Positions 53,515 to 63,935 of a stretch of 64,000 nt of DNA are shown here, piece by piece. The first letter of the stretch is position 1. Each line of letters starts with the position of its first letter. Source of the DNA: an uncultured archaeon (lineage in GTDB: Archaea > Thermoproteota > Nitrososphaeria > Nitrososphaerales > Gagatemarchaeaceae); NCBI GenBank assembly GCA_963799775.1, contig CAWCYD010000003.1:1472001-1536000 (forward strand). Reading direction: 5' to 3'. The position numbers and the translations under genes were made by a program. Below the pieces are notes generated by a model. It ran no database searches, had not been told where the DNA came from, and saw only the letters and a program-made list of their open reading frames with translations.

Positions 53515-54635
53515 TCAGTAGCGGATGCGCGGGTCCAGCTTCGCGTAGATGATGTCGACCGCGAGGTTGGTGACGACTATGATGAGCGCGGTGACGAGGA
53601 CGTAGAGCTCGATGAAGTTGATGTCGAAGGCGTTGACCGCTTGGAGGGCGGTGTAGCCGACCCCGGGGAGGTCGAAGACTATCTCGATGACGACCACGCC
53701 CCCGAATAGGAACGCCGTGAGGAGGCCCGCGACCGTCACGGCGGGGAGGAGGGCGTTCCTCAGCGCGTGCCTGTAGACCACCACACGGTCCTTCAGGCCC
53801 TTGGACCTAGCCATGAGGATGTAGTCCTGCTTGATGGACCTCGAGCATGCTCGACCTGACTATTCGAGTCAGCGCCCCGATGGAAGTGATGGAGAGGGTG
53901 ATCGCGGGCAGGATCATAGCGACTATCGAGTCCCAGGAGTAGGCGAGGTTGCCTGAGAACAGGCCGTCGAGGATGGGCGCCCCCGTGACAGCCTTGGCCG
54001 TGCCCGGATTGGTGAAGCAGATGACGCAGTTCGTTGCGAGGGCACCGCTCCCCGGCAGGAGGCCCAGGCCCCCGACCCTTGCGTAGAGGACGAAGATGAT
54101 CAGGAGGACATAGCCGAACCAGAACTGGGGTATTGAGTAGCCCCCGAGCGAGACTATGCGCGAGAGGTGGTCCGGGAGCTTGTTGTTGTGGGTCGCGGAG
54201 AGTATCCCAAGCGGGATGCCAATGAGGATTGTGAGGATCGCACCCATTATCGCGAGCTCCGCGGTGTAGGGGAACCTGCTGAAGAAGACCGAGAGGGTCG
54301 TCTGGGGCCCGGCGATCCCAGGGAGCAGCGTCAGCCCCCAGTTCCCCTTCAACACGTTCGCGAGCCAGGCCGTGTATTGGCCCCAGACGGGCACCAGGCA
54401 GCTCTTGTCGAAGGCGGAGAACGCCTGATACGAGGGGCAGGAACCTCGTCGCGACTCCGAGCGACTGCGCCAGGGTGAGCTTCTGCACGTCGCTCATCCT
54501 AGGGGAGAGGTACGGGGCTAGCGCGAAGCTGGGAGGGAGGAACCCTCTCGTCAGGTAGAACATGAGCAGGCTCAGTCCAAGAAGGACGAAGCCCATCAGG
54601 ATTATCCTCCTGATGGCGTACTCATACAGCTTCAA
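53515..54635 (-). CDS. oppB: Oligopeptide ABC permease (frameshifts ~54445 and ~53835)
   Basis: RFPYTAEL, ARSKG..HALRN, LDPRIRY. Confidence 0.9.
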
Positions 54636-54645
54636 GCTGTCTGGT

Positions 54646-54688
54646 TTGGCCCCCTCTCCCCGATATTAGGGATTCGAAGGGGGCCGAA
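54646..54688 (-). terminator. Intergenic hairpin between oppA and oppB
   Basis: ttggccccct...agggggccga stem. Confidence 0.5.
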
Positions 54689-54696
54689 GAAGGGCC

Positions 54697-56865
54697 CTAG
54701 TATAGCGTCGCGAAGTACTCGGGCCCCACGCCGTTGGCCGCCGCGCTGCCCAGTGCCGGGTTCCAGTAGAGCCCCTTTACGTTCGACGTCATCGTCACGA
54801 AGTTGACGTTGTCGTAAGTCCAGAGGTACATGACCTCCTTGTTCGAGAGCACGTTCATCTGATTGCTGTCAGAGACGAGCGCCTTTAGGTTACCAGACGC
54901 GCTCGCGTTGAGGCTCGCGTGGTAGAGGTTCGTGATGGCGGCGTAGTTCATCGCGTCACCGCCTGGGTACGTACCCGGATACGCCAGCATGTTGCCTGTG
55001 AAGTCGAGCACCCACGGGTAGTCGTCGATCCACCCGAAGGAGTACATGTAGAGGTGGTTGGGGACGGAGAACGCCTCTGTGAGCTCTTGCCCGGCTGGAA
55101 TAGGATCCACTGACACCGTCAGACCCATGTTGTAGGTCGTGCTGATGTTGTTGATGGTCCCTGCGATGTCGTTGAAGATCGCCTCGTCGCTCGTGTCGCC
55201 CGTCGCGTAGGTCAGCTGGATGGTCTGCGGGGTCGGGTTGGAGCACGTTCCGGTGCTCCCGAGGCTGGAGCAGCCGAAGGCGTTGTTGAACAAGCTCGAC
55301 GGGGCAGCCGTCCCGTTCGTGAAGTGGAACGAGGTTATCGGGTGCTCCATGGCCTGCAGCAGGAGCTGCGCGGACGTGTCGGGGCTGTAGCTGTAGGCCG
55401 GGGTTATGCTAGAGTTGTACGAGCCGGCAGGGGGGAGCCCAGGAGGAATCACGTTAGGCGCCACCTGTCCAAGCTTGTCAGCGTTGCTGACCCACTCTGA
55501 GGTCATGTTGACGGCGTCCGCGAAAGCCAGACGGAATCTTTGGTCAGCGAAGGGCTGGAACGAGTAGTAGTTGCCAGTCAGCGCGCTCGTCACGTTCGTG
55601 GAGTACGGGTCGAAGGTCACGCCGAGGAACGGGTAGGGCCCGTAGACAGAGACCCCGTTCAGAGTCGACTGGAGCGTCCCATTGGCCAGCCAGGTGGCCT
55701 TGTTGGCCACGTCGTAGAGGTTGGTGCTCTCGACGTCGATCGCCATCGCGGATCCGGCGGACTTCGCCGCGTTCTGGATGTCGATCTCCCTCGTCGTCTG
55801 GTCGGCCACGAACTTGAAGACGATGGTCTTGATCTGCGGGCTGATCTTAGCGCCTGCAGGCGTCATGAACTGGTAAGGCCCGCCCCAATAGTTGGGGTTC
55901 GCCGCCAGAGTTATCGTGCTCGTCGCCGTGTCGTCGCTAGTTATCGTGTAAGGCCCAGTCCCAGCCATCGAGCCCTGCGGGGCCGTGCTGAGGTAGGTCG
56001 CCCCACATCCCGCAGGCGTCGCGGAGCCTGTGGCGTTGCAGGTCGCCGAGAGGTCGTCGAAGTACTGGGTTGCCTTTTGTGTGAAGTTGCCGCTCAAAGT
56101 GGCATAGGGCAGCTTGTAGCCCGCGCTCGAGGCAGTCCAGAGCGCCAGGTCGTGAGTCATCGTGTATCCAGGAGCCACCGGGTCGACGATGGGGTTGGCG
56201 AACAGGTATGGGAACGCAATGTTCGGGTTCATCACGTTGACGTTGAAGGTGAGCGTGCCGGTTGTCTGGATGAAGTTGGCCTTTAGCCACTCAGCCACAT
56301 AGGAGTTCCCATAGGTCTGACCAGGGTTGAAGAACGAGCTCAGCGACTGGTTCGAGAGCTGCTGGATGAGCCAGCCCGACTGGGTGCCGTGACCCACCGG
56401 GGAGCTCCCGTCGTTGATGAGCGCCCTCGTGATGGCGAACCAGACCGCCGTGGAGTTCAGGGCCTCGCCGTCCGCGAACTTGATGCCGCTGCGCAGCGTG
56501 AACTGGTATTGCGTCCCGGCCGCGTTGCCCGTGTAGCTCTGCGCGAGCCAGGGGATCACGTTCGTAGCGTTGGCCTGGTTATACCAGAGGATCGGCTCAT
56601 ACACGTTCTGCATTATGTTGTAGTCGTAAGAGTAATACGAGATCGCAGGGTCGATATATTGGATCGTCTCGGCCGACTCGTAGGTGAGGGTAGTCGGGAC
56701 GGCTCCAGTGCCCGTCCCTGTCCCCGATGACGAGGATGAAGTGGATGAGCTCGAGGAGCTCTTGGAGGAGTAATATGCCACTCCAGCCACCACCACGATC
56801 AGCAGGATGACAACCACCGCGACCGCGGCTATTGTCCTAGAAAGAGCAGCCCGTTTGCGGTCCAT
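54697..56865 (-). CDS. oppA: Family-5 solute-binding protein with class III (pilin-like) signal peptide
   Basis: RKRAA-LSR then hydrophobic stretch, S/T linker, IDPA..NVYE, F.DG, GTGPY, NPNYWG. Confidence 0.9.
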   Translation of the reverse strand: MDRKRAALSRTIAAVAVVVILLIVVVAGVAYYSSKSSSSSSTSSSSSGTGTGTGAVPTTLTYESAETIQYIDPAISYYSYDYNIMQNVYEPILWYNQANATNVIPWLAQSYTGNAAGTQYQFTLRSGIKFADGEALNSTAVWFAITRALINDGSSPVGHGTQSGWLIQQLSNQSLSSFFNPGQTYGNSYVAEWLKANFIQTTGTLTFNVNVMNPNIAFPYLFANPIVDPVAPGYTMTHDLALWTASSAGYKLPYATLSGNFTQKATQYFDDLSATCNATGSATPAGCGATYLSTAPQGSMAGTGPYTITSDDTATSTITLAANPNYWGGPYQFMTPAGAKISPQIKTIVFKFVADQTTREIDIQNAAKSAGSAMAIDVESTNLYDVANKATWLANGTLQSTLNGVSVYGPYPFLGVTFDPYSTNVTSALTGNYYSFQPFADQRFRLAFADAVNMTSEWVSNADKLGQVAPNVIPPGLPPAGSYNSSITPAYSYSPDTSAQLLLQAMEHPITSFHFTNGTAAPSSLFNNAFGCSSLGSTGTCSNPTPQTIQLTYATGDTSDEAIFNDIAGTINNISTTYNMGLTVSVDPIPAGQELTEAFSVPNHLYMYSFGWIDDYPWVLDFTGNMLAYPGTYPGGDAMNYAAITNLYHASLNASASGNLKALVSDSNQMNVLSNKEVMYLWTYDNVNFVTMTSNVKGLYWNPALGSAAANGVGPEYFATLY

Positions 56866-57027
56866 TATCATCAGAACCAGAACGCTCCAAGCGCAGAAAC
56901 GGCCTTGTCGAATATAAAAATCTTCCAAACTCTGTGCTGCGGCGACATGTGAAAGAGGGCCGGTTGGGCTAATTCAGCGAGAAGTCATTATTCTCTATAT
57001 ATCGCTGAAAAGACGGGCCGCGCTGGA

Positions 57028-57147
57028 GCAGAGGTCGCCTAGCCTGGTAGGGCGAAGGATAGGATTCGGGTGTAACAGCCCTAGTCCCCTGAGTGCTAAT
57101 CCTTTGTCCGCAAGGATTCGTGGGTTCGAATCCCACCCTCTGCGCCA
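57028..57147 (+). tRNA. tRNA-Ser(GCT) with a 33-nt intron (57061-57093) at position 32/33; CCA encoded
   Basis: GCAGAGG/CCTCTGC acceptor, G73, long variable arm, GTTCGAATC; splicing restores AAGGA-TTGCTAA-TCCTT. Confidence 0.9.
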
Positions 57148-57148
57148 T

Positions 57149-57479
57149 CTACTCTAGTTTGCTGAAGAAGCAGCTGTGTTTTCCCGTGTGGCAGGCCGGG
57201 CCTACTTGGTCGACGACGTAGAGCAGAGTGTCGTTGTCGCAGTCCACCAACACGCGCTTCACCTTCTGGATGTGGCCCGAGGTGTCCCCCTTCTTCCAGA
57301 GCTCGTTTCTGCTCCTGCTCCAGTAGGTCGCGAGCTTGGTCTTCATCGTCGTCTCGACAGCCTCTCGGTTTGCGTAGGCGAGCATCAGGCAGCTTCCCGG
57401 TCTTTGCCTCCTGGGTAACTACGGGGACCAGGCCGTTCCCCTTCTTGAAATCAATCTCGTCTATCTTTGAAGCTTTCAA
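57149..57479 (-). CDS. hisI: Phosphoribosyl-AMP cyclohydrolase (frameshift ~57390)
   Basis: YWSRSR, KGDTSG, DCDND, ACHTG..SCF. Confidence 0.93.
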
Positions 57480-57601
57480 GGTAAATCGTTGACTGCTGAC
57501 CCGTGCGAGATTGGAGGGTAATAAGGGATATCAGCCGTTTTCGCGCCCTTCAAACGTGCACATCTACCCCGGGCCTGCAGACTGGGGATGAGGTTCGTAG
57601 A

Positions 57602-58030
57602 CTAGTTTCGGACTGGCATCCGCGAGCAATGGGTCGCCAGCTGCTCAAGATAGTAGCCCCAGCCAACAAAGAGGCTGAACGCGTTCCCGCCGATTCCTGA
57701 ATGGACGAGGGTGACCAGGGTCTTCCCGTCCAAACCTTCCTCGAGGGTCCATGTGAGCAGCGACGGAGGCGAGCCTGGTGCCTCCCGGCTCGAGGCGAAG
57801 GTGTAGACGAGCTTCTTGTCGGGCACGAGTTCGACGATCTTGCCCCTAGCGGTGGTCTCGAGATTCTTCGCCGCCTGATAGAAATTGAACTCATACTCGC
57901 CGCCCACCCTTGCGTCCATCTTGGCGCTCCTCGGCATCCATTGGACGAGCTCCTTCTCGTCGGTCAGCGCCTTGAAAATCACCGAGGCCGGCGCGTCGAC
58001 CAAGATCGACTTTGTCAACTCGCCGGACAT
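57602..58030 (-). CDS. SRPBCC/AHSA1-domain protein
   Basis: DAP..IFKALTD..W, DARVGG, TLVTLVH, GW. Confidence 0.88.
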   Translation of the reverse strand: MSGELTKSILVDAPASVIFKALTDEKELVQWMPRSAKMDARVGGEYEFNFYQAAKNLETTARGKIVELVPDKKLVYTFASSREAPGSPPSLLTWTLEEGLDGKTLVTLVHSGIGGNAFSLFVGWGYYLEQLATHCSRMPVRN

Positions 58031-58035
58031 CCTGC

Positions 58036-58348
58036 CTATTCGCGCCTCCTTGCTGCTTTGGACTCTGCATGGCGTTTCAGGCTCGAGAGGGCGTCGTCCC
58101 AGAACCCCTCAAAGAAGAGCATCATCTCCGACATCTTCTCCCTGTTGACAGAGTATAGTCGGTGCTGGCCCACCTTCCTCTCCCGCACGAGGTCTGCATC
58201 TCTCAAGACCCGGAGGTGCGTAGAAAGGGCAGCCATCGAGAAGTCGAAGCTCTTCGACATCTCGGTGGGGGTCTTCTCGCCATCCTTGAGGAGCAGGAGG
58301 CACCTGCCTCCTGCTCCCGTCAGCGACGGCCTTCCAAGAGTTCCCCAA
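58036..58348 (-). CDS. ArsR/SmtB-family regulator (frameshift ~58300)
   Basis: KAVADGSRRQ, ALSTHLRVLRDADLV..G.HRLY. Confidence 0.88.
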
Positions 58349-58356
58349 CGGCGCTG

Positions 58357-58767
58357 CTACCAGGCCTGCTTCGCTGCCATCTGGAGGAGCGCGAAAGCAT
58401 TACCGTCGGGGTCAGTGAAATTGGCTTGGATGCCATAGGGGTATTCCGCAGGTTTGCTTTGGGCGAACCTGACGCCCCGAGACTTTAGCTCCTCGAAATC
58501 CTTCTTGCAGTCATTGGTCTGAAACGTCCATTGGGTTCCCCCCGCCGGCTGAACCTGGATCTGGCCTCCCTTCGGGTCTGGATACGAGCCGGCCTGGACG
58601 AGAGCGATCTCGATGTCCTGCCCCTTCGGCGCGACGGTCACCCACCTAACGCCTGTCGGGCCCGTGAAATCGGACCGCTTCTCCAATCCCAGCGATTTTG
58701 TGTAAAACTCGACCGCCTTTGCCTGGTCCTTCACAACCACGCCTACTACTGTCAGCTTCTCGATCAT
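58357..58767 (-). CDS. VOC/glyoxalase-family protein
   Basis: V.DQ.KA..FY...LG, F.DPDGN. Confidence 0.9.
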   Translation of the reverse strand: MIEKLTVVGVVVKDQAKAVEFYTKSLGLEKRSDFTGPTGVRWVTVAPKGQDIEIALVQAGSYPDPKGGQIQVQPAGGTQWTFQTNDCKKDFEELKSRGVRFAQSKPAEYPYGIQANFTDPDGNAFALLQMAAKQAW

Positions 58768-58777
58768 AACGCCTAGT

Positions 58778-58803
58778 AATATTTCAATATATATTTAACT
58801 ATT
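58778..58803. promoter_or_regulatory. AT-rich palindrome, probable ArsR operator over the TATA region
   Basis: AATATTTCAATATATATTTAACTATT, 22/26 self-complementary, directly upstream of the VOC gene. Confidence 0.65.
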
Positions 58804-58808
58804 GATGT

Positions 58809-59567
58809 TCAAGGTCTGACCACTACCCCGTTCGCTGCCAGGTAGTCTTTGACCTGCCCTACGGTGAGCTCCCTATAGTGAAAGAGCGAAGCGGCAAGCG
58901 CGGCGTCGCATCCGCCCTCTACGAACGCGTCGAGGAAGTGCCTCAGCGTCCCGGCACCCCCGCTGGCTATGACTGGGATCCGCACTTTCTCCGTTATCGA
59001 CTTCAGGAGCTCGATGTCGTATCCCTTCTTTGTCCCGTCACGGTCTATCGAGGTGACGAGGAGCTCGCCCGCGCCGAGTTTCTCCGCCTTTTTCGCCCAG
59101 ACCACGGCATCGACTTCTGCGGCCTTTGTCGCAGAGTGGCTGAAGACCTGGTATCCGTTCTTTCCTCGCCTGGCGTCGATGGCTACGACCACACACTGCG
59201 AGCCGAACACCTCCGCCAGCTTCGTGATGAGCTCCGGATTTTGAAGGGCCGCCGTGTTCACGGCCACCTTGTCAGCCCCGCTTGCGAGCGCGAGCCGCGC
59301 GTCGGCCATGCTCCTTATCCCGCCTCCCACAGTGAAGGGGATGTCTAACTTGGCAGCGACGCTCCTCACAAGCGAGCGCAGCGTCGCCCTCTTCTCAAGG
59401 CTCGCAGTGATGTCAAGGAAGACGACCTCGTCTGCTCCCTCATCCCTGTAGCGGGATGACAACTCGACCGGGTCGCCAGCGTCTCTAAGGCCCTCGAACT
59501 TGACCCCCTTCACGACCCTCCCGTTCTTCACGTCTAGGCAGGGGACGATTCGCTTCGCAAGCGTCAT
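58809..59567 (-). CDS. hisF: Imidazole glycerol phosphate synthase, cyclase subunit
   Basis: RIVPCLDV..GRVVKG, SIDRDG, ASGGAG. Confidence 0.96.
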   Translation of the reverse strand: MTLAKRIVPCLDVKNGRVVKGVKFEGLRDAGDPVELSSRYRDEGADEVVFLDITASLEKRATLRSLVRSVAAKLDIPFTVGGGIRSMADARLALASGADKVAVNTAALQNPELITKLAEVFGSQCVVVAIDARRGKNGYQVFSHSATKAAEVDAVVWAKKAEKLGAGELLVTSIDRDGTKKGYDIELLKSITEKVRIPVIASGGAGTLRHFLDAFVEGGCDAALAASLFHYRELTVGQVKDYLAANGVVVRP

Positions 59568-60289
59568 GGTCTGACTCCCACGAGCGCCCTGGCTTCCTTG
59601 AGCTTGACCCCTCCATCGTAGAGGGCCCGCCCTATGATCGCGCCTGCCGCACCTCGCTTCTCGATCTCCTTGAGGTCCTGGGCGTTCCTGATTCCTCCAG
59701 AAGCCAATATCCTCAGACTTCGGAGGGCGCAGAGCGACTCCAACGTCCCAATGTCTGGGCCTGTAGCCATCCCGTCCTGTCCCACCGACGTCGCGAGCAG
59801 GTTCACTACGCCCGCCGCCTCTAACATCGTGGCCGCCTCGAGCACCGTGATGTTCTGGCTCTGGGTCCAACCTCTCGTCACGACCTTGCCTCCCGAGTAA
59901 TCCGAGGCCACGACTATCTTCTCCGGGCCGTATTTCACGAGGAGCTTAGCGAGCGTGTCTGGGCCCTTGTAGGCCAGCGTCCCAAGGATCACCCTCTCTG
60001 CGCCGCTCTTCAGCCAGAAATCCACGTCCGCGGCCGACCTGACGCCTCCCCCGACCTCCACCGGGATCTTTGCTCCCCGGATGATTGCCAGGATGGTCTC
60101 GCGGTTGGAGCCCTTGCCGAACGCCGCGTCCAAGTCCACGATGTGCAGCCCGTCGGCGCCTTCGCGCTCCCATCGCGCCGCGACCTCCAGAGGCTCCTGC
60201 TTCCAGGTCGTCTTCATCTCTTCTTTTCCCTGCTTCAGCGTGACGGCCGACCCCCCGAGGAGGTCGATTGCAGCCCACAGTTGCAGCAA
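59564..60289 (-). CDS. hisA: ProFAR isomerase
   Basis: AIDL..G, HIVDLD, GGGVR, ASGG. Confidence 0.94.
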   Translation of the reverse strand: MLQLWAAIDLLGGSAVTLKQGKEEMKTTWKQEPLEVAARWEREGADGLHIVDLDAAFGKGSNRETILAIIRGAKIPVEVGGGVRSAADVDFWLKSGAERVILGTLAYKGPDTLAKLLVKYGPEKIVVASDYSGGKVVTRGWTQSQNITVLEAATMLEAAGVVNLLATSVGQDGMATGPDIGTLESLCALRSLRILASGGIRNAQDLKEIEKRGAAGAIIGRALYDGGVKLKEARALVGVRP

Positions 60290-60293
60290 GGTG

Positions 60294-60890
60294 CTACCTC
60301 TTCACCGAGCTCAGGAAGTTCTGGAGGATGCGCCTACCAGTGTCGCCCGACTTTTCCGGGTGGAACTGGGTTCCGTAGACGTTCTTGTCTTGGGCGAGCG
60401 CCGGGAACTCCACCCCGTACATGGTGGTCGCGACGACGAAATCCCCCTTGGTCGCAGGGTAGTAGGAGTTGACGTAGTAGACCCAGGCCTCCTCGGGAAG
60501 CCCGTCTGTCAGGTCGGTCTCCCTCTTCACCTTGAGCGTGTTCCAGCCTATCTGGGGAGCCTTCACCTCTGCAGAGCGGAACTTCCTCACGTCCCCGGGG
60601 AAGAGAGACAGCCCTCGTCCCGGGCCTTCCTCGCTCTTGGAGAAGAATAGCTGGAGGCCTAAGCAGACGCCGAGCATCGGCTTGCCGGAGCGGACGACGT
60701 CCCGTATCTTTTGCATTGGGAGCATGCCCGCGGCTTGGTTGAAGCTCCCGACACCCGGAAGGACCAGGGCGTCCGCTTGCTCCATGCCATTGCCGTCCTT
60801 GGTGAGCGACGTCTTCGCACCTTCTTTTCTGAGCGCCGCCTGGATGCTGAAGAGGTTCCCAGCACCATAGTTGAAGACCTGGATGCGCAT
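60294..60890 (-). CDS. hisH: Imidazole glycerol phosphate synthase, glutaminase subunit
   Basis: LPGVG, GVCLGLQ, QFHPEKS. Confidence 0.95.
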   Translation of the reverse strand: MRIQVFNYGAGNLFSIQAALRKEGAKTSLTKDGNGMEQADALVLPGVGSFNQAAGMLPMQKIRDVVRSGKPMLGVCLGLQLFFSKSEEGPGRGLSLFPGDVRKFRSAEVKAPQIGWNTLKVKRETDLTDGLPEEAWVYYVNSYYPATKGDFVVATTMYGVEFPALAQDKNVYGTQFHPEKSGDTGRRILQNFLSSVKR

Positions 60891-60900
60891 CGCGGGCTCC

Positions 60901-61489
60901 TCACATCGACCCTTTCGAGGAGGGTGGGGCCTTGATCTTGGCGCGGCGCGGGTCTTGCGAGGCCGCCTCCCGAAGGGCCAGCGCGAAGGCCTTCACAGCC
61001 GCCTCGAACTTGTGGTGGTCGTTGCTGCCGTCCAGCACCTTGACGTGGACGGTCGCCTCCAGAGATTGAGCGATCGAGGTGAAGAAGTGCTCGAGGTCCA
61101 TCCCTCGGCGCGTCCTCCAGCATCACCCTCTGCAGCTTGAGATTCACCGCGGAGTACGGGCGCTTCACCAGGTCCACCGCAGCAAGCGCTAGGCCGTCGT
61201 CCATGGGGACGATCGCGTCGCCGAACCTGCGGATTCCTACCCTCTCGCCCAGGGCTTTTGAGATTGCCTTGCCCAACGAGATGGCCACGTCCTCCACGAT
61301 GTGGTGGGTGAGGTCTCCCTTGGCCCTCACCGTCACGTCCATGAGGCTGTGCGTCGCGAACGAGTCGAGCATGTGGTCGAGGAAGCCTATCCCCGTCCTG
61401 GAGTCAGGCCTGCCTGTCCCGTCTATCTCTACGATGACAGTGATGTCTGTCTCCTTCGTCTTCCTCTTGATTTCGCCGTGTCTGGTCAT
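60901..61489 (-). CDS. hisB: Imidazoleglycerol-phosphate dehydratase (frameshift ~61105)
   Basis: RKTKET, FLDHML, HHIVED, NDHH. Confidence 0.93.
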
Positions 61490-62625
61490 CGTCCGCTCAC
61501 CTCGCCTTTCGGCGCAAGCAATAACCCTGACGGGACCTGGTTGACCGTCTCGACTATGACGTCTGAGCCCTCCCGCTCGAAGAACGCGGCCTGGTCGGAC
61601 TTGACGGGCGAGGTCTGGTAGACTCCCGCGAACAGGAACCCCTCGAGTCCTTGCTCTCTAGCGTTCTTGACCGTCAGGAGGTTCATCCGCTGAGTCCCCG
61701 ACGTAGAGGATGGTGTCCGAGGAGAGCTTCTCCTTCGCCCTGATGAGCGCATCGGGGTTTGGCTTCCTGAATTTGTCGTACTCGGGCCTGAGCGAGGGGT
61801 TGATGTCCGCGTCGCCGATGAACATCGACGCCTTCTTGTCGAAGAAGCTCATTATCCTCCTCCCGAGGGAGTAGTCAGTCCCCAGGAACGGTCTCCCGGT
61901 CAAGACTGCGAGCCGGCCCTCTCCGAGCTTCCTTGTGAGCGTCTCGAGCGTCTTGACTGTGACCAGGGCGCGCTCCAGCTCGATCAGGCCCCGGAAGCGA
62001 GGGTTGCTCGGCGGGACTCCGTGCATCTTGCGGAACAGGGAGTCTCCGAAGTAGAGCTCGTCGAAGATGGTCGTCATCCTCCCGTTGGGAGGCGTCTCGG
62101 GGTATCCGAGATACCTACGCGTTCGGCCGAGAGTCTTCTCGGACGACGGGAACTTCTCGTCGAGGAAGGAGTCCACTGCTTCCTGTCCTCTTCCCCTCGG
62201 GGCCGACCCGAACTCAGCGACAATGCTCGTCAGGGCCTCGATGGCTCCGGTCGCGTCCTTCTTCCCTTCGAGCGCGATGGTCGCGAACAAGGTGAGCGCG
62301 TAGCTCGTGTCCCAGTCGCTGTTGAAACCCCCCGTCCTCCTGATCGTTGAGATGAGCTTGGGGGCGGACCTCGTCAAAGCGAGCTTCACGCCCGTTATCT
62401 CCTCGACCATGGTCTCCACTACGACCCTTATCGTCACGTCGTAGGCAGCCTTCGAGCGTCTATCAGGACCCCATCGCAGTCGAAGACGACGGCGTCGACT
62501 CTTGCAAGGAGTTCCCTTGACGTGCTCCTGACCGAGAACTTCTTTCCTCCGGGCCCTTGCAGGCGCACGTAGCGTCGCGCGTCGAGGCGCCTCTGGAGAG
62601 CGCTCTTGCTACTCCGTCGCATCAT
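61486..62625 (-). CDS. HAD-superfamily hydrolase, candidate histidinol-phosphate phosphatase (frameshifts ~62445 and ~61680)
   Basis: FDCDGVL, TGR, KPNP, YVGDS; located inside the his operon. Confidence 0.8.
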
Positions 62626-63935
62626 GACTTTCGAAACCTCGACTGCGCCGACAGGTAGTGGTTGGGCAGGCCCTCTGCGAGAGCGAGCTCCTTGAGCGAA
62701 GGCAGCAGCGTCTTCAGGCCCTGCCTCGTCCCCTCGACGACCCAGCCCACCTTCACAAAGTCGAGCACGCTCAGGCCCGAGCGCAGCTTCGCCACTCCCT
62801 CGGTGGGGAGCACGTGGTCGGTCCCGATGACGTAGTCGCTCGCGGCCCCCGGCGCGTTCTCGCCGAGGAGGATGAGGCCTGCGTTCGAGATTGATTCTGC
62901 GGCCGTCCTGGGCGCATCCACCATCAACTCCAGGTGCTCGGGGGCGAGCTGGTTGACGAGCTCGATCGCAACTTCACGGTCCTTGCACACCGCCGCGAAG
63001 CCCTGCCTCAGGCATCCCATCACGAAATCCTTCCGCTGCAGTTTGGGTGAGACTTGCTCGACGACCTTCTTGACGGCTTTCGCGACCCGCTCGTCCCAGG
63101 TGACGAGGCCGCAGATGCTGTCCACGCCGTGCTCGGCCTGCCCCATCAGGTCCCACGCCATCAAGCGGGGGTCCGCATTTGCGTCCCCGACGACCACCAT
63201 CTCTGTAGGCCCTGCCAAGAAATCGATCGGGACGTCGGTGGAGACGAGCTTCTTCGCCGCAGAGACATAGAGGCCCCCGGGGCCTACGATCTTGGAGACC
63301 TTCGGGATGCTCTCCGTCCCGTATGCCATGGCGGCGATGGATTGAGCACCGCCAACTCGGTAGACCGCGTCCACGCCACAGAGCTTTGCAGCCGCCAGGA
63401 TTGCGTCGCTGACCGGCGCGCCTTTCTCCTTGGACGGAGGTGTGCAGATGACGACCCTCTTCACCCCTGCGAGCTTTGCCAGGCCTGCCGTCATGAGGAC
63501 CGTGCTCGCGTAGGAAGCCCTCCCTCCTGGGATGTAGCACCCCACCGAGTCCAGCGGGCGCACGGCGCACCTGATCACGTACCCGTCGGCGACATAGGAG
63601 AAGGGGAGCCTCGTGAGGAGCTGACCCTGCGTCCTCCTGATCCGCTGGAGCGCGAAGCGCATGGCGTCCAATAGCTTCGGACTCGCCCTGCCATAGGCCG
63701 CGGCGATCTCTTCTTTGGAGACGGCAAGCTCGTCGCTTGTGAGAGTGACACCGTCGAGCTTCCTCGAGTAGCGGAGGAGCGCGGCGTCTCCATCGTCCCA
63801 GACTGCCCGCACTATCTTCTCCGCACCTTTCAATGCCGAGTCGAGGCCAGCCGGTCTCGCCCTGATTCTTTCAGCGACCTTCTTGGCTTGTTTTTTGCTT
63901 TCGACTCGAACCAGGGGCAGTAGCTCGCTACTCAT
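62622..63935 (-). CDS. hisD: Histidinol dehydrogenase
   Basis: YIPGG, GGAQ, GPG, AGPTE, QAEH, APEHL. Confidence 0.96.
   Translation of the reverse strand: MSSELLPLVRVESKKQAKKVAERIRARPAGLDSALKGAEKIVRAVWDDGDAALLRYSRKLDGVTLTSDELAVSKEEIAAAYGRASPKLLDAMRFALQRIRRTQGQLLTRLPFSYVADGYVIRCAVRPLDSVGCYIPGGRASYASTVLMTAGLAKLAGVKRVVICTPPSKEKGAPVSDAILAAAKLCGVDAVYRVGGAQSIAAMAYGTESIPKVSKIVGPGGLYVSAAKKLVSTDVPIDFLAGPTEMVVVGDANADPRLMAWDLMGQAEHGVDSICGLVTWDERVAKAVKKVVEQVSPKLQRKDFVMGCLRQGFAAVCKDREVAIELVNQLAPEHLELMVDAPRTAAESISNAGLILLGENAPGAASDYVIGTDHVLPTEGVAKLRSGLSVLDFVKVGWVVEGTRQGLKTLLPSLKELALAEGLPNHYLSAQSRFRKS

Noticed and set aside
57055-57070. Reading the tRNA as Ser(GGA) with a canonical 37/38 intron
   Set aside because: That reading needs A at position 33; the 32/33 splice gives U33-GCT-AA with proper bulges
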